DNA of 64,000 nucleotides, taken from an uncultured Chloroflexia bacterium (GTDB lineage: Bacteria > Chloroflexota > Dormibacteria > Aeolococcales > Aeolococcaceae). The stretch is from contig CAWDLK010000001.1 of the NCBI GenBank assembly GCA_963803165.1, positions 184,723 through 248,722 of the forward strand, written 5' to 3'. The notes beneath the pieces were generated by a model, which made no database searches, had not been told where the DNA came from, and saw only the letters and a list, made by a program, of their open reading frames with translations. Below are positions 1 to 9,327 of the stretch, one piece after another (position 1 is the stretch's first letter; each line of letters starts with the position of its first letter). Both the position numbers and the translations under genes were made by a program.

Positions 1-7
1 CCCACCC

Positions 8-1168
8 TCAGACCCCCATGCCCACGCGCTGCTCGCGCTGCTGCACCTTGCCCTCGGTCTTGATGGCGGGCGCGACCACCATCTCGGTCTCCTGGAACTC
101 GGCGATGGTGCGGGCGCCGCAGACGCCCATCGCGCTCTTCAGGGCGCCCACCAGGTTCATGGAGCCGTCGTCCACGTGGGCGGGCCCGAAGAGGATCTCC
201 TGCAGCGACCCCTTGACCCCGGTGCGGATGCGCGTGCCCCGGGGGAGGTTGGGATCGGGGGTGGCCATCCCCCAGTGATTGCCACGACCCGCGGCCTCCC
301 GCGCCGAGGCGAAGACCGAACCGATCATCACCCCGTCGGCCCCGGAGGCGAATGCCTTGGCGACGTCGCCCCCCAGCCGCATGCCGCCGTCGGTGATGAC
401 GGCGACGCGCTCGCCGCTGCGACGGAGGTGGTCGTCGCGCGCCGCGGCACAGTCGCTGGTGGCGGTCACCTGGGGAACCCCCACGCCCAGGACCGCCCGC
501 GTGGTGCAGGCCGCGCCCGGTCCCACCCCGACCAGCAACCCCTTGATGCCCGTGTCCATGAGCTCCAGCGCGGTGGCGTAGTCGACGCAGTTGCCGACCA
601 CCACCGGGATGCTGAGCTGTGACGTCAGCTCGCGGAAGGAGAGCTGCCGGTGGGCGCTGCTCACGTGGCGGGCGGTGAGCACCGTCCCCTGGACCACCAG
701 ACAGTCCGCACCGGCCTCCTGGACGATCCCGGCGCGGCGCTCGGCGAGCGCCGGGACGGTCGAGACCGCGCAGGGGCCGCCGGCCCGCTTGATGTCCTCG
801 ATCCGCTGCCCGATCAACCCGTCCTGGATGGGAGCCTGATAGATCTTCTGGAGGAGGACGTTGATCTCGGCGGGGGGCGCGGCGGCGATGGTCTCCAACA
901 CCTCCGAGGGATCCTCGTAGCGGCACTGGACCCCGTCCAGGTTGAGCACCGCCAGGCCTCCGAGGCGGCCCATCTCCGCGGCGAAGCCGACGTCGACCAC
1001 GCCGTCCATGGCGGCGGCGAGGAAGGGGACGCCAAGGCTCAGGCCGTCGAGGCTGAGCCCGACCTCGATCTCGTCCGGGTCGATGGTCACCCGCCCCGGG
1101 ACGAGGGCGACCTCGTCGAAGCCGTAGGCGCGGCGGGCGCGCTTGGAGCGCCCCAGCTCAACCTCCAT
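8..1168 (-). CDS. guaB3: GuaB3-family IMP dehydrogenase-related protein (no CBS domains)
   Basis: Motifs AYGFDEVALVP, AAAMDGVV, GVGPGAACTTR (catalytic Cys), VITDGG, WGMAT; ATG at 1168 preceded by GGAGAGGGG. Confidence 0.9.
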   Translation of the reverse strand: MEVELGRSKRARRAYGFDEVALVPGRVTIDPDEIEVGLSLDGLSLGVPFLAAAMDGVVDVGFAAEMGRLGGLAVLNLDGVQCRYEDPSEVLETIAAAPPAEINVLLQKIYQAPIQDGLIGQRIEDIKRAGGPCAVSTVPALAERRAGIVQEAGADCLVVQGTVLTARHVSSAHRQLSFRELTSQLSIPVVVGNCVDYATALELMDTGIKGLLVGVGPGAACTTRAVLGVGVPQVTATSDCAAARDDHLRRSGERVAVITDGGMRLGGDVAKAFASGADGVMIGSVFASAREAAGRGNHWGMATPDPNLPRGTRIRTGVKGSLQEILFGPAHVDDGSMNLVGALKSAMGVCGARTIAEFQETEMVVAPAIKTEGKVQQREQRVGMGV

Positions 1169-1226
1169 CCCCTCTCCCTCCGACCCTCCGACCGGCCGGT
1201 CCCGCGAGGTGATCTCCCATCGCCGA

Positions 1227-1300
1227 ATGGTAGCAGAGGCCTCTCGGCGAACGCCCCTCATCTGGTGGCATGAGCGGCTGCCAGGCACTACATCTGGTGT
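1227..1300 (-). promoter_or_regulatory. guaB3 promoter (extended -10 TGC-TACCAT) with tandem NrdR-type boxes
   Basis: + strand GCCCCTCATCTGGTGG (1253-1268) and GCACTACATCTGGTGT (1285-1300), 32 bp apart, match acaCwAtATaTwGtgt; minus-strand -10 at 1232-1227. Confidence 0.7.
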
Positions 1301-1351
1301 GGCGACCTCCGGACCCGGGTGGCGGCGCCGCCGCGCGCGGCGCGCCGCTGA

Positions 1352-1735
1352 TCAGGTCAGCAGGCCTCGGAGCACCTCGCTCGCCTCGGCGGTGCTCCGC
1401 GCCTTCTGGCGGAGCGAGGCCGCCAGCACCCGCAGCCACGCCTCGAAGCCGATCTCGTCGGTCAGCCCGTTGAGGACCTGGATCTCGCGGCAGACCAGCC
1501 CGTCCCGGGTCATCTCCGCCTCCAGGATGTCGTCCCCGGCGCGGACGGTGAGCCGCCGGACCGGGCGCCGGCGGGAGAAGAGCGACCCCTCGCGCTCGAC
1601 CTCCACGACGTCGGGGAGCGCCCCCATCAGCTTGGAGGCGAACACCTGGAAGAAGACCCGGATGTCGCGCGACTCCGCGCGGAGCGTGCCCATCAGGGTG
1701 TCGATCTCGTCGTTGAGGGGACCCAGGTCGCTCAC
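1352..1735 (-). CDS. Conserved hypothetical protein
   Basis: Host-like codon usage, globular-looking sequence (TLRAESRDIRVFFQVFASKL...IGFEAWLRVL); GTG at 1735 downstream of TATACT. Confidence 0.7.
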   Translation of the reverse strand: MSDLGPLNDEIDTLMGTLRAESRDIRVFFQVFASKLMGALPDVVEVEREGSLFSRRRPVRRLTVRAGDDILEAEMTRDGLVCREIQVLNGLTDEIGFEAWLRVLAASLRQKARSTAEASEVLRGLLT

Positions 1736-1778
1736 CGCGCGTCCGAGTATAGGTGGGCGGTCGGGGAGATCCCGGGAG

Positions 1779-4115
1779 TCAGGCCGCCTCGCCGGTCTCC
1801 GCACGGGGCGGCTCGAGGGCGACCGCGAGCACGTCGTCGACGCGGCTCGCCAGGTGGAAGGTGACCGCGGCGCGGACGCTCTCGGGGACGTCGTCGAGGT
1901 CCTTCTCGTTGCGCCGGGGGAGGATCACCTCGGTGAGGCCCATGCGATGGGCGGCCAGCACCTTCTGCTTGACCCCGCCGATCGGCAGCACCAGTCCCTG
2001 GAGGGTCACCTCGCCGGTCATCCCCACCGAGCTGCGCACCGGGCGGCCGGTGAGCAGGCTGACCATCGCGGTGGTCATGGTCACCCCCGCGGAGGGCCCG
2101 TCCTTGGGCACCGCACCCTCGGGGACGTGGATGTGGAAGCCCTTGGCGGTGGCCTCCGCGCTGATGCCCAGACGCTCGGCGTGGGAGCGGACGTAGGAGA
2201 GCGCGATCTGCGCCGACTCCTTCATCACGTCGCCGAGCTGACCGGTGAGGGTCAGGCTGCCGTCGGTGCCGCCGGTGGCCGCCTCGACGAAGAGCACGTC
2301 ACCCCCCGCGCCGGTCACGGCGAGCCCGGTCGCCACCCCCGGAACCGCGGTCCGCTCCGCCACCTCGTTGTCGAACTTCGGCTTGCCGAGGTAGCCGCGA
2401 ACCTGGTCGGCACCGACGTGGAGGGGCGTCTCGACGGCTCCGCCGGCGATCCGGGTGGCCACCTTGCGGGCGATCCGCCCCAGCTCGCGCTCCAGGTTGC
2501 GCACTCCGGCCTCGCGGGTGTGGTCGGTGACCACCCGGAGGATGGCGTCGTCGCCGACCTCCAGCTCCTCCTCCTTGAGTCCCGCCTGAGCCAGCTGGCG
2601 GGGGAGGAGGTGGTCGCGCGCGATCGCCAGCTTCTCCTGCTCGGTGTAGCCGTCGAGGCGGATCAGCTCCATCCGGTCGAGCAGCGGCGCGGGGATGGTC
2701 TCCGAGACGTTGGCGGTGGGGATGAAGAGCACCTCGGAGAGGTCGAGGTCCACCTCCAGATAGTGGTCGCGGAAGGTCGTGTTCTGAGCGGGGTCGAGCA
2801 CCTCGAGGAGCGCCGCGGACGGGTCGCCACGCCAGTCGGCGCCGATCTTGTCGATCTCATCGAGCATGATCACGGGGTTCTTCGTCCCCGCCTCCTTGAG
2901 GGCGCGCACGATCCGGCCCGGCTGGGCGCCGACGTAGGTGCGCCGGAAGCCGCGGATGTCCGCCTCGTCGCGGATGCCGCCGAGCGACATCCGCGCGAAC
3001 TTCCGTCCCAGGGCGCGTGCCACCAACTCGCCGAGCGAGGTCTTGCCGACGCCGGGGGGGCCGACCAGGGTGATGATCGCGCCCGACCCGCGACCACCGA
3101 CCACCTCCAGGCCGCGCTCCTGGCGGAGCTTGCGGACGGCGAGGAACTCGATGATCCGGTCCTTGACGTCCTCCAGCCCGGTGTGGTCGTGGTCGAGCAC
3201 CTCCCGCGCCGCGCCCAGGTCGAAGTTGTCCTCGGAGCGCGTGCTCCACGGGATGTCGAGCATCCAGTCCAGGTAGGTGCGGATCCAGCCGTGCTCCGGG
3301 CTCTGCTCACTGGTCCGCTCCAGCCGGTCGATCTCGCGCCCCACCTCGACCGCGACCTTCTCCGGCATCCCGGCCTCGGCGAGGCGCTTGCGGTAGGTGG
3401 AGACCACGTCGTCGCCGCCCTCGCCCAGCTCCTTGCGGATCGCCTCGAGCTGCTGACGGAGGATGAACTCCCGCTGCGTCTTCTGCATCCCCTCGGCCAC
3501 CTCGGTGCGGATGCGGTCCTTGAGGTCCGCCTCACCGAGCGCGTCCTTGGTCCAGGCGATGATCTTGGTGAGACGCTGCTCGACGTCGACCGTCTCCAGG
3601 ATCTCGAGCTTCTGGGCGAGGCTGAAGTCGGGCGAGTAGCCGGCGAGGTCGGCCAGGTGCCCCGGGCTCCGCGCCTCGCGGAGGAACTGGATGGCGCCGC
3701 CGGCGCCGCGGATCTCCAGCAGGTTCTCGACCAGGGCGCGGTACTCGCGGGCCAGCTCGACGACGGCCTCGGGCGGGTCCTCGTCGTCCGGCGCCGGGTC
3801 GACCTGCACCCAGAGGGCGCCGCCGACGTCGGCCTGGCCGGCACCGAGGCGGGCCCGGTGCTGTCCGGTGAGGATCGAGACCTCCGCCCCGGTCGGCAGC
3901 TTCCCCGACTCCTGCACGCGCGCGACGGTGCCGATGCTGCCGAACTTGCCCTCGATGCGGGGGACCAGGAGGACGAGACGGTTGCCCTGGTTGGCAGCCT
4001 CGATGGCCGCACGCTGTCCCTCCCCCTGGACCGCGACGGTCACCGTCATGTGGGGCAGGACGACGACGTCGTCGAGGGGAAGGATGGGGAGAAGCTCGGC
4101 GCTGTGCTCGGTCAT
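1779..4115 (-). CDS. lon: ATP-dependent Lon protease (endopeptidase La)
   Basis: LON N-domain, Walker [10 protein letters not shown], Walker [17 protein letters not shown] catalytic Ser, PIGGVKQK. Confidence 0.97.
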   Translation of the reverse strand: MTEHSAELLPILPLDDVVVLPHMTVTVAVQGEGQRAAIEAANQGNRLVLLVPRIEGKFGSIGTVARVQESGKLPTGAEVSILTGQHRARLGAGQADVGGALWVQVDPAPDDEDPPEAVVELAREYRALVENLLEIRGAGGAIQFLREARSPGHLADLAGYSPDFSLAQKLEILETVDVEQRLTKIIAWTKDALGEADLKDRIRTEVAEGMQKTQREFILRQQLEAIRKELGEGGDDVVSTYRKRLAEAGMPEKVAVEVGREIDRLERTSEQSPEHGWIRTYLDWMLDIPWSTRSEDNFDLGAAREVLDHDHTGLEDVKDRIIEFLAVRKLRQERGLEVVGGRGSGAIITLVGPPGVGKTSLGELVARALGRKFARMSLGGIRDEADIRGFRRTYVGAQPGRIVRALKEAGTKNPVIMLDEIDKIGADWRGDPSAALLEVLDPAQNTTFRDHYLEVDLDLSEVLFIPTANVSETIPAPLLDRMELIRLDGYTEQEKLAIARDHLLPRQLAQAGLKEEELEVGDDAILRVVTDHTREAGVRNLERELGRIARKVATRIAGGAVETPLHVGADQVRGYLGKPKFDNEVAERTAVPGVATGLAVTGAGGDVLFVEAATGGTDGSLTLTGQLGDVMKESAQIALSYVRSHAERLGISAEATAKGFHIHVPEGAVPKDGPSAGVTMTTAMVSLLTGRPVRSSVGMTGEVTLQGLVLPIGGVKQKVLAAHRMGLTEVILPRRNEKDLDDVPESVRAAVTFHLASRVDDVLAVALEPPRAETGEAA

Positions 4116-4208
4116 GGGGACTTTGTACCCGCTCGCGGGGATCTCACACCTGGGCTCTGGAGAGGGGTTCGGCTCGCCGCTCGGGGCACCCCCCGCACCG
4201 CACCCATG

Positions 4209-5213
4209 CTACGGCACCAGCACCGCCGTCCCCCGCACCCGGCCGCTCCGGATCAGCTCCAGGGCACGGTCGGCGTCATCGAGAGGAAGCACCTCGGTCT
4301 CGACCTCCACCCGGGTCGCGGCGACCACCTCCATGAAATCGGTGCCGTCGGCCCGGGTGAGGTTGGCGACCGAGCGGACCGAGCGCTCCTCCCAGAGCAG
4401 CGCGTAGGGGAAGCTGGGGATGTCGCTCATGTGGATGCCGGCGCAGACCACGGTGCCGCCCGGGGCGAGCGCCCGGAGCGCGAGGGGCACCAGCTCGCCG
4501 GCGGGCGCGAAGATGATGGCCGCGTCGAGGGGCTCCGGTGCGGGGCCGCTGCTGTCCCCGGCCCAGACCGCCCCCATGCGCCGGGCGAAGTCCTGGCCGG
4601 CGCGATCGCCGGCCCGGGTGAACGCGTAGACGTCCGCACCGCGGTGACGCGCCACCTGGACGATGATGTGAGCGGCGCTGCCGAACCCGTAGAGGCCCAG
4701 CCGCTGCGCCTCACCGGCCATCCGGAGGGCGCGGTAGCCGATGAGGCCCGCGCAGAGCAGCGGCGCCGCCTCGACGTCCCCGTAGCCGTCGGGCAGGCGG
4801 AGGCAGAAGCGGGAGTCGGCGATGGCGAGCTCGGCGAAGCCGCCGTCGGTGTCGCAGCCGGTGAACCGAGCCCGCGCGCAGAGGTTCTCGCGGCCCGCCC
4901 GGCACATGGCGCAGCTGCCACAGGCCTGGGCCAGCCACGGCACGCCGACCCGATCGCCGACCCGCAGCACGGCGTCGGGCCCGGCGGCGATCACCCTGCC
5001 GACCACCTGGTGACCCGGCACCACCGGCAGCACTCCGCGGTCCAGCTCGCCGTCGACCACGTGGAGGTCGGTCCGGCAGACGGCACAGGCCGCGACGCGC
5101 AGCAGGACCTGGTGACCCTCCGGGTCGGGGACCGGCCGGCTCTCGACCGAGAGCGGCGCGCCCCGCTCGCGCAGGACCATCGCCCGGTAGGTGAGCGGCG
5201 AGGTCGCGGCCAT
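4209..5213 (-). CDS. Zinc-dependent alcohol dehydrogenase family protein
   Basis: CAVCRTDLH, VPGHQVVG, CGSCAMC...NLC structural Zn, GLYGFG nucleotide-binding loop. Confidence 0.92.
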   Translation of the reverse strand: MAATSPLTYRAMVLRERGAPLSVESRPVPDPEGHQVLLRVAACAVCRTDLHVVDGELDRGVLPVVPGHQVVGRVIAAGPDAVLRVGDRVGVPWLAQACGSCAMCRAGRENLCARARFTGCDTDGGFAELAIADSRFCLRLPDGYGDVEAAPLLCAGLIGYRALRMAGEAQRLGLYGFGSAAHIIVQVARHRGADVYAFTRAGDRAGQDFARRMGAVWAGDSSGPAPEPLDAAIIFAPAGELVPLALRALAPGGTVVCAGIHMSDIPSFPYALLWEERSVRSVANLTRADGTDFMEVVAATRVEVETEVLPLDDADRALELIRSGRVRGTAVLVP

Positions 5214-5256
5214 CGGCCGATGATGCACCCACTCACCCTGCATGTACCCTTCTGCC

Positions 5257-5817
5257 GTGACCGCGCTGACCGAGCCCACCCCCCGGGGCCGGCCCGAGGT
5301 GGTCATCCGCCGCCTCGACGCCCTCTCCGCCCGCCGCCACCTCGACGACCTCGCCGACCTGCTGGTCGATTCGGTCGAGGGCGGCGCGTCGGTCAGCTTC
5401 GTCGCCCCGCTCGCCCACTACGAGGCTCGCGACTGGTTCGCCGGCGTCCTCCATGAGATGGAGCTGGGCCGCCAAGTCGTCCTCGCCGCATTCCTCGACG
5501 ACCGCCTGGTGGGCTGCGCGCAGCTGGTGCTGGCGTGGCAGTCGAACGCCACCCACCGCGCCGAGGTCCAGAAGATGCTGGTCCACCGATCGGCCCGCCG
5601 CTTGGGGGTCGGTGCCCGCCTGATGCGTCAGATCGAGGTCGAGGCGCGCGCTCTGGGGCGCACCCTGCTCATCCTCGACACCGAGACCGGGAGCGACGCC
5701 GAGCACCTCTACTCTCACCTGGGCTGGACCAGGGTCGGGGTGATCCCCGACTACGCGATGCGCCCGGACCGCTCCGGCCTGCGACCGACCTCGCTCTGGT
5801 ACCGCAGAGTCGACTGA
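5257..5817 (+). CDS. GNAT family N-acetyltransferase
   Basis: HRAEVQKMLVHRSARRLGVGARLM, LLILDT, LYSHLGW; GTG 6 nt after TACCCT. Confidence 0.9.
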   Translation: MTALTEPTPRGRPEVVIRRLDALSARRHLDDLADLLVDSVEGGASVSFVAPLAHYEARDWFAGVLHEMELGRQVVLAAFLDDRLVGCAQLVLAWQSNATHRAEVQKMLVHRSARRLGVGARLMRQIEVEARALGRTLLILDTETGSDAEHLYSHLGWTRVGVIPDYAMRPDRSGLRPTSLWYRRVD

Positions 5818-5930
5818 CCGGCCGGCGACGACTCGCGCGAGCCGGCGCAGCGGCGGCGCCACTCCGACCCCAGTCGGCGGCGCGGGCAGGGCTGTCGAGT
5901 CTCGTCGTTGTCACCGATCGTCCCACCACG

Positions 5931-5959
5931 TTGACATCCGTGTATGTAGGCTGCATGCT
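5931..5959 (+). promoter_or_regulatory. Sigma70-type promoter of histone-like gene
   Basis: TTGACA (5931-5936), 17-nt spacer, CATGCT (5954-5959). Confidence 0.65.
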
Positions 5960-6061
5960 ATGGCTCGATCCTGACGGGGACGATTATTCACTCCCTGTCC
6001 AAAACGCAGGACGGGCAGCCGGCATACGCTGGCTGTCATCACCAACGGAGGCTCTCAGCTT

Positions 6062-6640
6062 ATGGCTAGGACGAGACGAAGCAAGGGAGGCGGTGCGAAG
6101 CGCGCCGTCAAAGCCCCGGTGCGGCGCGCGCGCGCCGCGGCGCCGCGTGCGGGCGCCGGTGGCGATCTCCTCAAGGCGGTCCACGGTCTGGTCAACGCGC
6201 TGCCCGTGGGCGAACTCGAGAAGCGGCTCGCCGGCCTCGAGAAGTCGGTGGAGAAGCTCGAGGGTGAGCTCCGCAAGGCGCTCTCGCAGGTCGCCTCCGC
6301 AGTGCGCGGCGGGCCCGCGAAGCGCGCCCCCGCCAAGCGTCGGGCCAAGCGGGCTCCGGCGGCCAAGCGCGCCGTCAAGCGGGCACCGGCCGCCAAGCGC
6401 GCCGTCAAGCGCGCCGTCAAGCGGGCACCGGCCGCCAAGCGCGCCGTCAAGCGGGCACCGGCCGCCAAGCGCGCCGTCAAGCGCGTCGTCAAGCGTGCTC
6501 CCGCGGTGAAGCGGGCACCGGCCGCCAAGCGGACCGGCGTCAAGCGAACCGGCGTCAAGCGTGCAGCGCCCCGGCGGACCGTGAAGCGGACCCCGCCGCC
6601 CGCAGCCCCCGCAGCGCCGGCGGCGCCGCCTGCGCCCTGA
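6062..6640 (+). CDS. Histone H1-like basic protein with coiled coil and KRAPAAKRAV repeats
   Basis: GGAGG RBS at 6047-6051; heptad LEKRLAGLEKSVEKLE; Lys/Arg/Ala/Pro repeat tail; own promoter and terminator. Confidence 0.85.
   Translation: MARTRRSKGGGAKRAVKAPVRRARAAAPRAGAGGDLLKAVHGLVNALPVGELEKRLAGLEKSVEKLEGELRKALSQVASAVRGGPAKRAPAKRRAKRAPAAKRAVKRAPAAKRAVKRAVKRAPAAKRAVKRAPAAKRAVKRVVKRAPAVKRAPAAKRTGVKRTGVKRAAPRRTVKRTPPPAAPAAPAAPPAP
6316..6590 (+). repeat. Intragenic imperfect tandem repeat (AAGCGGGCACCGGCCGCC / AAGCGCGCCGTC units)
   Basis: Repeated 18- and 12-bp units encoding KRAPAA and KRAV. Confidence 0.9.
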
Positions 6641-6661
6641 GGGATCTGATCCCAGCATTCG

Positions 6662-6697
6662 AGGCCCCCGGGAGCCGCGCTCCCGGGGGCCTTTCTC
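6662..6697 (+). terminator. Intrinsic terminator
   Basis: AGGCCCCCGGGAGC-cgc-GCTCCCGGGGGCCT perfect 14-bp stem followed by TTCT. Confidence 0.85.
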
Positions 6698-6723
6698 GTC
6701 CAGCCCGGTGCTACGCTCGATTC

Positions 6724-7248
6724 GTGGCGCTGGTCTTGATCAGCTTCCTGGACGGTGAGATCGTCCACGCCGAGGTCGACGATCTCAGCTTCGACCGCAC
6801 CCTGCTGGAGGCCGAGGTGCGCGGAGCCGATCCCAACAACGAGCGGGCGCTCTTCCCTCTGACCGCGATCCGGCAGCTCCTGGTCGGCCAGCCCCTGCCG
6901 GTTCCCGAGGATCTGCCCGGCTGGGACCGTGCCGCCTTCCACTTCGTCGACGGCCAGGTGCTGCGCGCCTCGGTGGCGCCCGATTCGGTGCTCGGCCGCT
7001 TCGGCGGGCTCTGGCGCGCCGTGGAGCCGGGGATCCCCGAGCTGCGGACCCTGGGGATCCCCTACTCGTCGCTCAAGGGTGTCTTCAAGCTGCGCCAGTG
7101 GGACAGCCGGCCGGTGAATGCCCGCTCGGGGACGGACACCCATCTCAGCCAGGTGGCGCGCATCCTGGCCGAGCGGGAGGGGAGCGGGGTCGGCGCCGCC
7201 CCTCCCCCCGAGCGGCCGCATCCTCTGATCAGCCGCCTCCGGCCCTGA
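6724..7248 (+). CDS. Hypothetical protein with internal duplication (DUF6982-like)
   Basis: Two repeats: ISFLDGEIVHA/FHFVDGQVLRA and LFPLTAIRQL/GIPYSSLKGV; NNER motif; GTG 6 nt after TACGCT. Confidence 0.7.
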   Translation: MALVLISFLDGEIVHAEVDDLSFDRTLLEAEVRGADPNNERALFPLTAIRQLLVGQPLPVPEDLPGWDRAAFHFVDGQVLRASVAPDSVLGRFGGLWRAVEPGIPELRTLGIPYSSLKGVFKLRQWDSRPVNARSGTDTHLSQVARILAEREGSGVGAAPPPERPHPLISRLRP

Positions 7249-7321
7249 CCGGCCCCGTGCACGCTCCTGCCGCACGGGCGTAACCAGGTCGTCAGGGGCG
7301 TCGTGCTAGGGTGCGTCCACC

Positions 7322-8404
7322 GTGAGCGGAGCCGCGCCCGCGGTCGACGAGGCCGGGGCCGAGGAGGCTCCGGCGGTCATCGGCCGCTTCCTGACCAAGC
7401 GAAGCCTGTTCTCGATCCTGGCCGCGATCATCGTGGTGGCCGTGGTCGTCTGGCGGGCGAACATCGACTGGGGTGAGGCCTGGGACAAGATCCGCTCCGC
7501 CGACCCCATCCTCTATCTCCTCGCCGTCGCCGTCTACTACCTCTCCTTCGTCTTCCGCGGGCTCCGCTGGCAGGTGCTCCTCGCCAACGCCGGGGAGGTG
7601 CGCAAGACCCGCCGGCTCGCCCCGCTCATCCTGGCCTCGTTCTTCGTCAACTGCGTGGTCCCAGCCAAGATGGGTGACGTCTACCGCGCCTATCTCGGCC
7701 GGGTCAGGGAGCACATCCCGGGGAGCAAGGCCTTCGGCACCGTCGTCAGCGAGCGCCTCCTCGACCTCTGCGTGCTGATGGCGCTGCTGCTGGCGTCGGG
7801 GGCCTGGGTCTTCCACAAGCACGATTCCGGGACCCTCGTCCCCTACGTGGTGGTGGGCGGGCTCCTCTGCGCCTTCGGGATCGCGGTGATCGGGATGATG
7901 CGGGCGGGTCGCGGCACCCGTGTCCTCCGCCTGCTGCCCGAGGCGATCTTCCGGCGCTACGAGTCGTTCCGCAGCGGCGCCGTCAGCTCGCTGGGCCGCT
8001 GGCCGACGCTGCTGGGGCTGACCGTGGCGGTCTGGTGCTGCGAGTCCGGACGTCTCGGGCTGGTCATCGCCGCCCTCGCGATGAGCGGGCAGGTCGGACC
8101 CTCGCAGTTCGTGCTCGTCGCCCTGGTCGCGGCGCTGCTCACCACCGTCCCCTTCACCCCCGGGGGGCTGGGACTGGTCCAGGCCGGGGTGGCCACCTCG
8201 CTCGTCATCGTCGCCAGCATCAGCAGGACCGCGGCGCTCTCGGTCGCGCTGCTCGACGGCAGCATCAGCTACGCGAGCCTCCTGATCTTCGGCTTCATCG
8301 CCTTCGCCCTGACCTCCCGCCACGCCGGCGCGGTGAGAGGCGGGAAGCCGGCGGAGAGGTCGGGACGGGACGAGACCTACTCGGCGACCCGCTCGCTGGT
8401 GTGA
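7322..8404 (+). CDS. Lysylphosphatidylglycerol synthase TM / UPF0104 flippase-like membrane protein
   Basis: RGLRWQVLL, FVNCVVPAKMGDVYR, ERLLD, PFTPGGLG; multiple TM helices. Confidence 0.88.
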   Translation: MSGAAPAVDEAGAEEAPAVIGRFLTKRSLFSILAAIIVVAVVVWRANIDWGEAWDKIRSADPILYLLAVAVYYLSFVFRGLRWQVLLANAGEVRKTRRLAPLILASFFVNCVVPAKMGDVYRAYLGRVREHIPGSKAFGTVVSERLLDLCVLMALLLASGAWVFHKHDSGTLVPYVVVGGLLCAFGIAVIGMMRAGRGTRVLRLLPEAIFRRYESFRSGAVSSLGRWPTLLGLTVAVWCCESGRLGLVIAALAMSGQVGPSQFVLVALVAALLTTVPFTPGGLGLVQAGVATSLVIVASISRTAALSVALLDGSISYASLLIFGFIAFALTSRHAGAVRGGKPAERSGRDETYSATRSLV

Positions 8405-9327
8405 GAGCGCTGGTCACCGGGGGGGCGGGGTTCATCGGCTCGCACCTCGCCGACGCCCTGGTGGCGGCGGGTCACGAGGTCACGGTCCTGGACGACCTCT
8501 CCCGGGGGCGGCGCGACCAGGTGCCCGCCGCGGCCCACTTCGTCGAGGCGGACGTCAACGATGAGCTGAACGGCGTCTTCGCCGCATGCCGGCCCGACGT
8601 CGTCTACCACCAGGCGGCCCAGATCGACGTGCGGCGCTCGGTGGCGGATCCCCTCTTCGACACCCGGGTCAACGTCCTGGGCACCGTCAACGTCCTCCAG
8701 GCGTGCGCCGCCGCCGGCGTCCGGCGCCTGGTCTTCGCCAGCAGCGGGGGCGCTCTCTACGGCGACACCGACGAGATCCCGACCCCGGAGGGACACCCCC
8801 CGCGGCCGGCGTCGAACTACGGCGCCGCCAAGGGCGCGGCCGAGCTGTACGGCAACGTCTACGCCGGGCTCTGCGGCCTCGAGTTCGTGGCCCTCCGCTA
8901 CGCCAACGTCTACGGGCCCCGCCAGGATCCCCATGGCGAGGCCGGCGTGGTGGCGATCTTCGCCGAGCGGATGCTCCGCGGCGAGGTGCCGACGATCAAC
9001 GGCGACGGCACCCAGACCCGCGACTACGTCTACGTCGGCGACGTCGTCGCGGCGAACCTGCTGGCGACGGCGGCGCCTCCCGGCGCCTACAACGTGGGCA
9101 CGGGCACCGAGTGCGACGTCAACGATCTGCACCGCCGGCTGGCGCGGATCATCGGGGCCGCCGCGGAGCCGGTCCGCGGCCCGGCCAAGCCCGGGGAGCA
9201 GCGCCGTTCCTGCCTCGACCCGTCGCTGGCGGCCGCCCGGCTCGGCTGGCGGCCGCGCGTCTCCCTGGATTCCGGCCTGGAGGCGACCGTTGCCCACTTC
9301 CGGGAGCGCGGGTCCGGCTACTTGTAG
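8401..9327 (+). CDS. NAD-dependent epimerase/dehydratase (UDP-glucose 4-epimerase-like)
   Basis: [17 protein letters not shown] (YxxxK), [10 protein letters not shown]; GTGA overlap with upstream gene. Confidence 0.92.
   Translation: MRALVTGGAGFIGSHLADALVAAGHEVTVLDDLSRGRRDQVPAAAHFVEADVNDELNGVFAACRPDVVYHQAAQIDVRRSVADPLFDTRVNVLGTVNVLQACAAAGVRRLVFASSGGALYGDTDEIPTPEGHPPRPASNYGAAKGAAELYGNVYAGLCGLEFVALRYANVYGPRQDPHGEAGVVAIFAERMLRGEVPTINGDGTQTRDYVYVGDVVAANLLATAAPPGAYNVGTGTECDVNDLHRRLARIIGAAAEPVRGPAKPGEQRRSCLDPSLAAARLGWRPRVSLDSGLEATVAHFRERGSGYL

Noticed and set aside
4116-4200. Possible ECF/heat-shock promoter upstream of lon (GAACC-N16-GTGTGA, minus strand)
   Set aside because: Single weak match; no CIRCE or HAIR element to support it.
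1143-5456. 1437-aa plus-strand ORF and many other long antisense/alternate-frame ORFs
   Set aside because: Shadow frames of real genes (here lon and adh) caused by high GC; low-complexity R/G/A/P translations with no motifs.
6211-6218. Another CGAACTCG (also near 23899 and 60267) as a possible hidden frameshift
   Set aside because: Reading frames are sensible on both sides, so the 8-mer also occurs genuinely.
6316-6590. Repeats here and at 50732-50801 as CRISPR arrays
   Set aside because: Contiguous in-frame coding repeats with no unique spacers and no cas genes.
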